Source: Candidatus Woesebacteria bacterium GW2011_GWB1_38_8b (lineage in GTDB: Bacteria; Patescibacteriota; Microgenomatia; UBA8517). Taken from it: 64,000 bases of DNA. Below are positions 8,132 to 17,292 of the stretch, in pieces. Where the stretch lies: the NCBI GenBank assembly GCA_000993115.1, contig LBVN01000007.1:3587-67586 (forward strand), written 5' to 3'. A program made the position numbers and the translations under genes. The notes beneath the pieces are model-generated. The model saw nothing but the letters and a program-made list of their open reading frames with translations, made no database searches and was not told the DNA's origin. Within the stretch, counting starts at the first letter, position 1. Each line of letters opens with the position of its first letter.

Positions 8132-10113
8132 TTAAACTGCTTAATTTTATCCCTAAATGCAATCGCAAGTTCAAAGTTCAAATCATCTGCGGCTGTGCGC
8201 ATTTCCCGACGTAACTTTGCAATAAGCTTTTTCTGCTCCATTGGGGTTAAACTTGACGATTCAAAATCAAGCTTCCTGGTCGAAACTTTCAGTAACTTTA
8301 TTTCTTAAGGGTTTTTGAATTGAAGTCGGAGTAATATTGTGAATTTTATTATATTCGACCTGATATGCTCGTCTTCTGTCTATTTCTGATAAAGCGGCTT
8401 CGATTGATTTCGTTCTTTTGTCTGCATATAAAATAACTTTGCCTTCAACGTGTCTGGCGGCGCGTCCCATTGTCTGGATTAAACTTACGCGGCTTCTTAA
8501 AAACCCTTCCTTGTCTGCATCTAAAATTGCAACCAAAGAAACTTCAGGAAGATCTAGTCCTTCACGGAGTAAATTAACTCCAACTATTACATCAAATTTA
8601 CCTCTTCTTAAGTTATCCAGAATGTCTGTTCGTTCCAAGGTATCAATATCCGAGTGCAAATAATTTACTTTTATTCCTTGCCCCCCAAGATATTCTGATA
8701 AATCTTCTGCGGTTTTTTTTGTTAAGGTTGTTACCAAAGTTCTCTGACCTTTTTTTGTGATTTTTATTATTTCTTCTATAACATCTTTTACCTGATTTTT
8801 AATCGGTCTTATTTCAACCAACGGGTCCGGAATTCCGGTTGGCCTTACAAGTTGTTCGGTAACTCCATTTTCTTTTGGGTTATTGTTATATGCGTTGGCA
8901 GCCGACTGGTAAGCATTATTTAATTCCCATTCGTCGGGAGTTGCACTTGTGGCAATAAAACGTGGAATTCTTCTTATAAATTCCTCAAATTTTAAAGGGC
9001 GGTTGTCAATTGCAGCAGGAAGCCTGAAGCCGTAATCGATTAATGTTTTTTTACGAGATAAATCTCCTGCGTACATACCCCGTACTTGTGGAAAGGTAAT
9101 ATGACTCTCGTCGGCAACAAGTAGCCATTTATCTCCGAAAGACTTCTTAAAATAGTCCAGGAGCGAGTAAGGGGCATCTCCGGGGTTTCTTCCGTCGAAA
9201 TATCTTGAGTAATTTTCAATACCTTTGACATAGCCTACTTCGGAAAGCATTTCAAGGTCATACTTTACGCGTTGAGAAATTCTTTGGGCTTCGATAAACT
9301 TTCCTTCCGAATTAAACAAATCTACCTGTCTTTGTAGATCGCTTTTAATATTTGCAATGGCGCCTTTATTTTGTAAAGGGTCAGTGATGAAGTGTTTAGC
9401 CGGGTACAAAACATAATTTGTTAATTTCCCCTTTGCCTTGGGTGCTGATGGAGTTAAAATTTTGGTTCCGAAAGATGAAATTAATCCAAAATATTATTAT
9501 TTTCCCATTCGGTGTTGTGGTGAAAGGTAAAATGAGGGTAGTTTTTCTTAACCACATCAATTAAATATCCGCCAATAAAATGGATATCCTTTAAGCCGTT
9601 AACGGAAAAATTCTCCAAAGCCCGGTCCAGCATGCTTTTACCATTAACTTTAGTAAAACCTTTAGGAACCTTGGCAGAATAAGGCATTATCCTGTTTCCC
9701 CGCCCTGCTCCAATAATTATTATTAATAAATTTGTCGTTGCACCCAGCCTGAGTTTGTCTATTAAATCATTTATGTCGGAATCTTTTTCGATATAGGTAT
9801 CGGTTGAAGGAATATAAGCTTCGGGCTGGTAATAATCATAGTACGAAACAAAATAACTGACAGCATTTTCAGGAAAAAAATCCCGGAATTCCTGGTAAAG
9901 TTGGGCGGCTAGGGTTTTATTGTGTGAAAGTATTAAAGTTGGAAGCTGCGTTCTTTCAATTACGTTTGCAATCGTAAAAGTTTTACCGGAACCCGTAACA
10001 CCCAAAAGAACCTGATTATCAATACCCCGTGATATGTTTTTGGAAAGCTTTTCAACTGCATTTTTTTGGTCTTCAATAAGATCGTATTCAGATTTTATTT
10101 TAAATTTGTTCAT
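8128..10113 (-). pseudogene. uvrB: excinuclease ABC subunit B, disrupted: internal replacement, frame change and 3' frameshift
   Basis: 9724-10113 encodes the UvrB N-terminus ([10 protein letters not shown]...[10 protein letters not shown]...RLGATTNLL). 8267-9480 encodes UvrB from about KILTPS...YPAKHFITDP to the helicase C-terminus, in a different frame. The UVR domain (MEQKKLIAKLRREMRTAADDLNFELAIAFRDKIKQFN) is in a third frame and ends at 8128. Confidence 0.8.
9481..9723 (-). other. 5' fragment of a nucleotidyltransferase (NTP_transferase, LicC/MobA-like) gene embedded in uvrB
   Basis: (L)[80 protein letters not shown] matches the N-terminal roughly 80 aa of sugar-phosphate/choline-phosphate nucleotidyltransferases (GxGxR signature). 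It is fused in frame to UvrB residue 130 and ends in a stop. Confidence 0.65.
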
Positions 10114-10165
10114 GTAATAATTTTATATGATATAAAAATATAAGAATAATACCCAAAATTAGCTA

Positions 10166-10194
10166 TTGACTTCTTCGGGTTATATTTGTATAAA
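10166..10194 (+). promoter_or_regulatory. candidate promoter for lexA, with leaderless geometry
   Basis: TTGACT (10166-10171), a 17-nt spacer, then TATAAA (10189-10194). The ATG at 10201 lies 6 nt after the -10 element. Confidence 0.5.
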
Positions 10195-10200
10195 TATAGC

Positions 10201-10770
10201 ATGGCTCCAATAATTTACAAGAAACAATCACAAATTCTCGATTACATAAAACAGCACATCCAATCAACAGGATCTGCACCAACACTGCGTGAAATTGCAA
10301 TTGCAATTGGAGTAAGCTCCTTGGCAACTGTTCATGAACACTTAACAGCTCTTGAAGAAAAAAAGTTAATTAAAAGAAAAACAGGTAAAAACCGTTCTAT
10401 TGAGTTGGTAAACGAAACTATTAATTTTGAGGAGAAAGGAATTGAAGTTCCTATTTTAGGCTTTATTGCGGCAGGTGCGCCAATTGAGCCTTTTACTGAT
10501 CCGAATTCGTCGCTATCAATTCCAAGTGTATTTCTTTCCGGCAAAAAAAGAACTTATGTTTTAAAAGTTAAGGGCGAGTCGATGATCGATGAGCAAATCA
10601 GGGACGGCGATTATGTGATTATTGAGCAGTCTGAGATAGCTAATAACGGCGACATTGTCGTTGCGCTTTTGGATAACGGTATGGCTACATTGAAGCGTTT
10701 CCCGATATTTGTAAAAAATGTACGAATTCAGGGAAAAGTAGTAGGCCTTATACGGCGTTATTCGGCATAA
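10201..10770 (+). CDS. lexA: LexA repressor (S24 peptidase), apparently about 15 residues short in the C-terminal domain
   Basis: Winged-helix N-terminus, Ala-Gly cleavage site (FIAAGAPIEP), catalytic Ser in KGESM and Lys in ATLKRF. I start it at the ATG at 10201 rather than the track's TTG at 10186. Confidence 0.8.
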   Translation: MAPIIYKKQSQILDYIKQHIQSTGSAPTLREIAIAIGVSSLATVHEHLTALEEKKLIKRKTGKNRSIELVNETINFEEKGIEVPILGFIAAGAPIEPFTDPNSSLSIPSVFLSGKKRTYVLKVKGESMIDEQIRDGDYVIIEQSEIANNGDIVVALLDNGMATLKRFPIFVKNVRIQGKVVGLIRRYSA

Positions 10771-10779
10771 ATTATTTTT

Positions 10780-12423
10780 TTAGAAGTTTTTGATTTCTTT
10801 AAGCAGATCTCTCCCCGTCATTGACGCAGGAGCCTGTACTTCCAATAAACTAAGTACTGTCGGAGCAATATCTGCCAAAATACCTACTTTCAGCGTTTGC
10901 GAATGGTTTAACAGCGGACGAAAAACACAAACAAAAGGTACATTATTATTACTATGTTCTGTATCAATCTCACCGGTTTTTAAATTTATCATTTCTTCTG
11001 CATTGCCGTGATCAGCTGTAATTAGCAGTGCTCCTTCGTAAGCCAGTGCAAAATTAGCCAGTATTCCAAGCTGTTCGTCAACTTTTTCTACAGCTTTTAC
11101 AGTAGGACCGATATTTCCTGTATGGCCTACCATATCCGCGTTGGGGTAATTAACTAACGCAAAACTGTAATCTCCATTTTTTAATTTTTCTACCAATACA
11201 GATGTTATTTCTTGAGCCATCATTTCGGGTTTTTGATCATAAGTAGGGACTTTGCTTGATGGAATAATTACTTTTTCTTCATTGGTGAAAGGCTTTTCGC
11301 GGAAACCGTTAAAGTAAAACGTTACGAATCTTTCTTTTTCGCTCTCTGTTACCTTAAGTTGTCTTAAATTGTTGTTTGAAATAACTGAGCTTAAAGGCAT
11401 AGTTACAGTATCCGGTGGAAAAGCAACTTGTGTGCCTTCGTCAACTAAAGACCTGCTGTATTCGGTCATTGTGACGAAAAATAAATTTTCAATTCTTGCT
11501 CCCCTTTCAAAAAGTTTTATGCTACTTGGATCAGTAGGAGTTTTTTTATAAGGGTTACTGTCGTAATCAGATTTTGCAGATGCGAAATCTTTATAAACAA
11601 ATGCTTTTGTAAGTTGCCTTGGCCTGTCAACTCTAAAGTTGAAAAATATTGCTGAGTCGTTTTTTGATATTAAATTTATTTTACCTTCTTTGTTTTTAAT
11701 AAGAATCGGCTCTATGAATTCATCGGTAATGCCTTTTGAATACGAATCATCCATAGCTGTTGCAATATTGTCATAAATTTTTCCTGTGCCTTGTGTTAAG
11801 GCTTTATATGCTTTTTCGGTTCTGTCCCAACGCTGGTCGCGGTCCATTGCCCAATATCGCCCCATGATTGATGCAATAGATCCTACTTTCTCTTTATCCA
11901 AAAGTTTTTGAATGCCGGCTAGCACGGCTTTTGATGAAGTTTGGGGAGAATCGCGGCCATCAGTAAATAAATGAAGATAAAGACTGTTAAATTTATGTAG
12001 AGCTGCAAGATGAATTAATGCATATAAATGATTTAAGTTTGAATGAACGCCTCCCGTTCCGATTAGTCCCATTAAATGCAAATTTGAATTATTTTTTTTG
12101 GAATTCTCTATCGCGGAAAGAAGTATTTTATTTTCAAAAAAAGAGCCGTCCGAAATTGACATATTTATTCTTTCCAAATCTTGATAAATAATACTTCCGG
12201 CGCCCAAATTAATGTGTCCGGTTTCAGTATTTCCGTCTTCGCCTCGAGGTAAACCGACAGCTTGGCCTGCAGCCTCTAATTGTGTATGGGGGTAACTGGC
12301 TAAAAATTTATTAATATTTGGAGTATTAGACAAAGTGATTGCATTTCCAGCCCCGGGTGTTGCAATTCCCCAGCCATCAAGAATAACTAAAACGACAAAC
12401 TTAGGTTTAGAATTTAATGACAT
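10780..12423 (-). CDS. gpmI: 2,3-bisphosphoglycerate-independent phosphoglycerate mutase
   Basis: 547 aa with VILDGWG, GNTETGH and ADHGNAE motifs. Confidence 0.85.
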   Translation of the reverse strand: MSLNSKPKFVVLVILDGWGIATPGAGNAITLSNTPNINKFLASYPHTQLEAAGQAVGLPRGEDGNTETGHINLGAGSIIYQDLERINMSISDGSFFENKILLSAIENSKKNNSNLHLMGLIGTGGVHSNLNHLYALIHLAALHKFNSLYLHLFTDGRDSPQTSSKAVLAGIQKLLDKEKVGSIASIMGRYWAMDRDQRWDRTEKAYKALTQGTGKIYDNIATAMDDSYSKGITDEFIEPILIKNKEGKINLISKNDSAIFFNFRVDRPRQLTKAFVYKDFASAKSDYDSNPYKKTPTDPSSIKLFERGARIENLFFVTMTEYSRSLVDEGTQVAFPPDTVTMPLSSVISNNNLRQLKVTESEKERFVTFYFNGFREKPFTNEEKVIIPSSKVPTYDQKPEMMAQEITSVLVEKLKNGDYSFALVNYPNADMVGHTGNIGPTVKAVEKVDEQLGILANFALAYEGALLITADHGNAEEMINLKTGEIDTEHSNNNVPFVCVFRPLLNHSQTLKVGILADIAPTVLSLLEVQAPASMTGRDLLKEIKNF

Positions 12424-12480
12424 AACTAATTAACTATATAACGAAGACGTGATTAACGTAATAAGAAGAGTCAAATTAGT

Positions 12481-13749
12481 TTATTTTGCTGAAGCAAGTT
12501 CAGCCTCAATACTTAAGAGTCGATTATATTTTGCGACACGTTCTCCTCTTGCCGGAGCACCGAATTTTACAAAATCGGATCCAATTCCCACCGCAAAATC
12601 AGCAATAAACCAGTCATTAGTTTCACCCGATCGGTGTGAAGTAATGACTTTCCAGTTTGCTTCGCGTGCACGCTTCACTACCAAAAGTGTTTCCCAAACA
12701 GTACCAACTTGGTTTGGTTTAACTAAAATTGCATCGCATGCTTTTTCTGCTATGGCTTTTTCAACTCGTTCGGTGTTTGTAACAAGCAGATCATCTCCTA
12801 CAACCGTCAGTTGTCCCTGGAAAGATTCATATAACTTTTTCCAGCTTGCCCAAGCATCCTCATGCAGAGGATCTTCAATGTGAGACATGTGATACTGACT
12901 GTTTAAGTATTTGTAATAATCAATTAATGCGTCATCCGAAAGCGGTGTGGACTTATCACGGATTGTATAATTTCCGTTTTTGTAAAAAACTGATGCGGCG
13001 ACATCCAGTCCCAAAAATACATCACGGCCGATTTGGTAAGTTGTTTCCTTAATTGATTCAAAAAGAACTTCCAACGCATCGGCGTTTGTAAACAAATTAG
13101 GAGCGTAGCCTCCTTCGTCGCCGACCGAGTGGATTGCACCTCTTCTCTCTAGGTTTTTTCCTAGTGTAATATAAACTTCAACACCAATCTTTAGTGCCTC
13201 CGAATAATTTTTGCTGGTTGCAGGAATAACATGGAACTCTTGAAAATCCAAATTTCCCGCTCCATGAAGACCTCCGTTTATCATGTTAAATACCGGGGTA
13301 GGCACCTTTAGGGCTGCATTTATACCTGCTCTTTTGGCAAGGGTATTTGTCCAAGCGTAAAGTGAGGTATTTTGTGCCATAGCGGCAGCTTTTGAATTGG
13401 CTGCAGATATTGAAAGTATTGCATTTGCACCAAATTTCGATTTATTTTTTGACCCATCAAGATCGATGAGCCTTTTATCAATAGCAGCCTGATCAGTTGA
13501 GTCTAATCCCCAAATTCCGGGTCCAAGTGTTTCATTTACATTTTTTACAGCCTTAGAAACTCCTTTTCCGTCATAGTTTGCAGGATCGTTGTCACGCAAA
13601 TCAACACACTCATAGGTTCCTGTTGAAGTACCTCCGGGGACAGAAGCCACCGCAGTGTGACCGGTATCAAGCTGAACAACTGTCTCTACAGTCGGTAACC
13701 CCCTTGAATCAAGAATTTGCCTTGCCCAAACTTTTGATACTTTGCTCAT
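12481..13749 (-). CDS. eno: enolase
   Basis: ARQILDSRGLPTVE at the N-terminus and SHRSGETND later. The start is set at the ATG at 13747-13749 (MSKVSKVWARQ). Confidence 0.9.
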   Translation of the reverse strand: MSKVSKVWARQILDSRGLPTVETVVQLDTGHTAVASVPGGTSTGTYECVDLRDNDPANYDGKGVSKAVKNVNETLGPGIWGLDSTDQAAIDKRLIDLDGSKNKSKFGANAILSISAANSKAAAMAQNTSLYAWTNTLAKRAGINAALKVPTPVFNMINGGLHGAGNLDFQEFHVIPATSKNYSEALKIGVEVYITLGKNLERRGAIHSVGDEGGYAPNLFTNADALEVLFESIKETTYQIGRDVFLGLDVAASVFYKNGNYTIRDKSTPLSDDALIDYYKYLNSQYHMSHIEDPLHEDAWASWKKLYESFQGQLTVVGDDLLVTNTERVEKAIAEKACDAILVKPNQVGTVWETLLVVKRAREANWKVITSHRSGETNDWFIADFAVGIGSDFVKFGAPARGERVAKYNRLLSIEAELASAK

Positions 13750-13848
13750 ATATTTATAATAGATCAAAATGTTATTTTAATAAATAACATTTTGATTAAA
13801 AAAAGTATTACTATATATCAAGCTCAAATATATTTATAACAGAGCTTG
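13750..13848 (-). promoter_or_regulatory. conserved promoter/palindrome module upstream of eno
   Basis: The minus strand reads AAGCTC-16 nt-GAGCTTGATATATAGTAATAC-7 nt-AATCAAAATGTTA-10 nt-TAACATTTTGAT-c-TATTAT-6 nt-ATG. The perfect 12-bp arms are 13763-13774 and 13785-13796. It is near-identical in layout to 31821-31920. Confidence 0.55.
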
Positions 13849-13883
13849 CTTTAATTTAAAATAACACAAAAAGTATTGTTTTG

Positions 13884-16157
13884 TCACTTCCTACCTTTAC
13901 TTACAACCTCTTTCTCTGCTTCATAGATAACTGATCGTACCCGATCAATTGCATCGGGATTTACAGAAATACTTGTTACACCGTATTTTACTAGCTTAAA
14001 TACAAGATCTTCATAAGTTGACGGTGCCTGACCGCAGATTGATGTTGTTACCCCGTGTTTTTTGCATTTTCTGATTACCCGGCGGAGTGACCAAAGGACA
14101 GAAGGAGAGCGTTCGTCGAATGCGCTTGCAACTTCTGCATTATCACGGTCTGTTCCTGTTGTTAACATTGTCAAATCGTTGCTTCCGATTGATACTCCGT
14201 CGATTCCTACCTTAATAAAATCTTCAATCTGAATTACGTTGACAGGGATCTCAACCATCATCCAAAGTTTAAAAGTAGGACTTTCGAGAAGTCCTTCAGT
14301 TGCTATCAATTTCTTAACTTTAGTCAGCTCCAAAGGAGATCGGACAAAAGGAATCATAAGCCATAAATTATTGTATTTTTCCCTGACATTTTTAATCGCC
14401 TGTAGCTCAAGATTAAAAACTTCAGGTGAAGAAATGTATCGGTAGGCTCCTCGGAAACCCAACATCGGATTTGCCTCAACAGGTTCCCATGTTGCCCCAC
14501 CCGGCAAAGATCTGTATTCATTGGTTTTAAAATCCGTTGCACGGTAAACTACCGGCCTTGGATAAAATGCTTTGCAGAAAATACTCATGTCGGCTGAAAG
14601 CTTCTCAATAAATTCTCCCTGTTTCTTATTTTTAATTGCTTCTTTAGGGTGTATACCGATTCCGGCTATCATAAATTCCGCACGAAGTAGCCCTACCCCG
14701 TTAACATTTTTCTTAGCCATTTCATTGGCAAGCTCTTTCTCGGCTAAGTTCACGTATACTTTGGTTGCGGTCTTTAGATTTGTTTTGTAGTTCTTTTTTG
14801 CTTCTTCTGATTTTTCAAGTTTTACGTTACCACCAAGGTAAATAAAACCTTTGCTTCCATCAACCGTAACAACAGCGTCATCTTTAAGGAGTTTTGTTGC
14901 CTCTTTAGTTCCGACAACACAGGGAATACCAAGTTCGCGCGATACAATCGCTGCATGGGAAGTTTGACCTCCTTCATCGGTGATAATTGCATTAGCCCGC
15001 TTCATTGCGGGTACATAGTCCGGTGAAGTCATTGGGGCAACTAAAACATCTCCTTGTTTAACTTTTGAAATTTCTTTCGGGCTTTTAAGAATTTTTACCT
15101 GTCCTGTTCCTATTCCCGGACTTGCACCTGCTCCTGTGAGAATAGGTATTTCGGCTGTTTTATATCCTGCAGCTACTTTATTTTTACCTTCCTTAATTGT
15201 TGTAACAGGTCTGGTTTGAACTATAAAAAGATCGCTTCCTTCTTTCGCCCATTCAATATCCTGAGGAAAATAATAATGTTTTTGCAGTGCATCCGCGATT
15301 TTTGCAAGCTTTATTATTTCGGCATCTGTTAGTTTTTGTTTATCCCGTATTGACTTTGGAACTTCAAGCTCAGATGTAACAGTTCCTTTTTTGATTAATT
15401 GAATAGACTGATCGGAAATTTCCTTAGACAAAATATCAAAAGTTTCTTTTTGGACAACATATCGGTCAGGTACAACAGAACCCTGTACAATCATTTCGCC
15501 TAATCCCCAAACGGACTCAATAATTATACGCTCTTTATCGTTTGTGACAGGATCAATTGTAAACATTACTCCGCTTACGTTGGACTGAACCATTTTTTGA
15601 ACAATCACGGAAATTTTTACTTTTTCGGTTTTTATATTATTTTGTGCACGGTAAAAAATCGCACGGGCTGTAAAAAGCGAAGCCCAGCAATCGCGAACGG
15701 CCAAAAGCAGGCTACTGTCGCCTTTGATGTTTAAGAACGTAGCCTGCTGGCCTGCGAAACTCATACCTGGAAGATCTTCTGCGGTTGCTGACGAGCGTAC
15801 CGCTACGAGCGCCTTTTTAAATGCACCTGAAAGTTTCCAATAAGATTTTAGGACATCTTTTTTAACGCTTTCCGGGACTTCGGCTTTCGAAACTAGCTTC
15901 TGGACTTTTTCTGAAGCATTTTGAAGTTCGTCAGGATTGTCAACATTTACATCCTTTAGTAAATTATTAATTTGTTCTGAAATTTTATTTTCCTCCAAGA
16001 ATATATCGTATGAAGCAACTGTTACGGCAAAACCGTTAGGAACAGGAAATTTAGCCTGAGTCATTTCGCCTAAATTTGCACCTTTTCCACCGACATCCGG
16101 TAAACTGTCCTTATCAATATCTCTGAAAAATAATGTAAGAGGTTTTTGGGCAGCCAT
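13884..16157 (-). CDS. ppsA: phosphoenolpyruvate synthase / pyruvate, water dikinase family
   Basis: 757 aa with an N-terminal ATP-grasp domain (VGGKGANLGEM), a phosphohistidine domain (GGQTSHAAIVSRELGIP) and a C-terminal PEP-utilising domain. Confidence 0.8.
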   Translation of the reverse strand: MAAQKPLTLFFRDIDKDSLPDVGGKGANLGEMTQAKFPVPNGFAVTVASYDIFLEENKISEQINNLLKDVNVDNPDELQNASEKVQKLVSKAEVPESVKKDVLKSYWKLSGAFKKALVAVRSSATAEDLPGMSFAGQQATFLNIKGDSSLLLAVRDCWASLFTARAIFYRAQNNIKTEKVKISVIVQKMVQSNVSGVMFTIDPVTNDKERIIIESVWGLGEMIVQGSVVPDRYVVQKETFDILSKEISDQSIQLIKKGTVTSELEVPKSIRDKQKLTDAEIIKLAKIADALQKHYYFPQDIEWAKEGSDLFIVQTRPVTTIKEGKNKVAAGYKTAEIPILTGAGASPGIGTGQVKILKSPKEISKVKQGDVLVAPMTSPDYVPAMKRANAIITDEGGQTSHAAIVSRELGIPCVVGTKEATKLLKDDAVVTVDGSKGFIYLGGNVKLEKSEEAKKNYKTNLKTATKVYVNLAEKELANEMAKKNVNGVGLLRAEFMIAGIGIHPKEAIKNKKQGEFIEKLSADMSIFCKAFYPRPVVYRATDFKTNEYRSLPGGATWEPVEANPMLGFRGAYRYISSPEVFNLELQAIKNVREKYNNLWLMIPFVRSPLELTKVKKLIATEGLLESPTFKLWMMVEIPVNVIQIEDFIKVGIDGVSIGSNDLTMLTTGTDRDNAEVASAFDERSPSVLWSLRRVIRKCKKHGVTTSICGQAPSTYEDLVFKLVKYGVTSISVNPDAIDRVRSVIYEAEKEVVSKGRK

Positions 16158-16209
16158 ACAATTATTTATACTAAAGGCTTATATGCGCTTGTGCAATAAG
16201 AAAAATTAC

Positions 16210-17292
16210 TTAAGAAATTCTCTTTTTGAAATAATCAACCCAAGGGATAGGAGTAGGATCCTGATTATAAAGCATTGATAAATAGAAATTTAAAAATGAA
16301 CCAAACTGAATAATCTCAAATACCTGCGATAAAATAGTTTCAGAGGTGGCTATATATTCGTATTTTTTCAATCCATTTTCTTCAATAACTTCAGTAGTTA
16401 CTTCAAACCTTTTTTTAATATGGTCAGAATACAAATTGGAATTAAATAAATAGACGCAAACCTGATTTTTAACAAAGTCCGGGTTTTTTAGTCCTTCCAT
16501 AAGGTGGTGATTAAGCTCAGGAATAACAAAATCAGCAGTTAAATTTTTACTGTTTTCATTAAACTGATTGTTAACTGTATGAGTAACGCCGACTAGATGT
16601 TCTGCGGAAAAAAATAAAATTATGTTATTTAATAGCTCAGATGCAGTTTTTTTGACAGGGTTTTGATCGAATACTACTTCAATTTTATATTTATCAATAA
16701 CATCATCCAATATCGCAACAATTTTTTGTATTTCAGATTCGTCGAAATCAATAAGGCCGCATTTGGATGCTAAGACAAGCTGTCCAATTACAGAATAACC
16801 AATAGCCATTCTGGGTTGATTTGAAGGATTAAATTTCGGGTCAATGTTATAAAAAGGCAATTTAAATTCTTTTGCAAAGTCCAGAAGTTTTCCGGAGTCT
16901 GCAATCGCAATAACTTTGGCCCCTTTTTCGATAGCACGTCTCGCGTTTGAAATTGACTCTTCTGTATTTCCCGAATAACTTGAGACAAATACTAGTGTAT
17001 GAAGGTCAACAAAACCCGGTAAATCATAATCATTTATCCTATATAAAGGTTTTCTCAACTGCTTTCTGTATGCCGACTCAATAATTCTTGCTCCCAACCC
17101 TGAACCTCCCATGCCGCACATAACAATATTTTCTACGTCATAATAGCTTTCAGGAACGACTACCTTTCTTGCTTCATCAAATGCATGAATACATTGTTTT
17201 GGAAGTTCAATTATTGAGCCATAAACATTACTCCTGTCAATATTTTTTATTTCTTCAATATTATCTAGACTATTCATCTGACTCATACCCAA
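16210..17292 (-). CDS. bifunctional phosphoglucose/phosphomannose isomerase (SIS domain)
   Basis: 360 aa with a CGMGGSG SIS motif and a length typical of the archaeal/CPR-type PGI/PMI. Confidence 0.65.
   Translation of the reverse strand: MGMSQMNSLDNIEEIKNIDRSNVYGSIIELPKQCIHAFDEARKVVVPESYYDVENIVMCGMGGSGLGARIIESAYRKQLRKPLYRINDYDLPGFVDLHTLVFVSSYSGNTEESISNARRAIEKGAKVIAIADSGKLLDFAKEFKLPFYNIDPKFNPSNQPRMAIGYSVIGQLVLASKCGLIDFDESEIQKIVAILDDVIDKYKIEVVFDQNPVKKTASELLNNIILFFSAEHLVGVTHTVNNQFNENSKNLTADFVIPELNHHLMEGLKNPDFVKNQVCVYLFNSNLYSDHIKKRFEVTTEVIEENGLKKYEYIATSETILSQVFEIIQFGSFLNFYLSMLYNQDPTPIPWVDYFKKRIS

Noticed and set aside
9481-9723. Intein or other self-removing insertion in uvrB.
   Set aside because: The insert has clear nucleotidyltransferase N-terminal motifs and lacks intein junction residues and blocks. 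It ends in a stop, and the flanking UvrB parts are in different frames.
10123-10198. AT-only palindromes in the uvrB/lexA spacer (TTATAT-G-ATATAA at 10123-10135; TATATTT-GTAT-AAATATA at 10181-10198), considered as LexA boxes.
   Set aside because: Such AT palindromes are expected by chance at this base composition, and one simply overlaps the -10 region. I kept only the GC-containing shared motif as a hypothesis.
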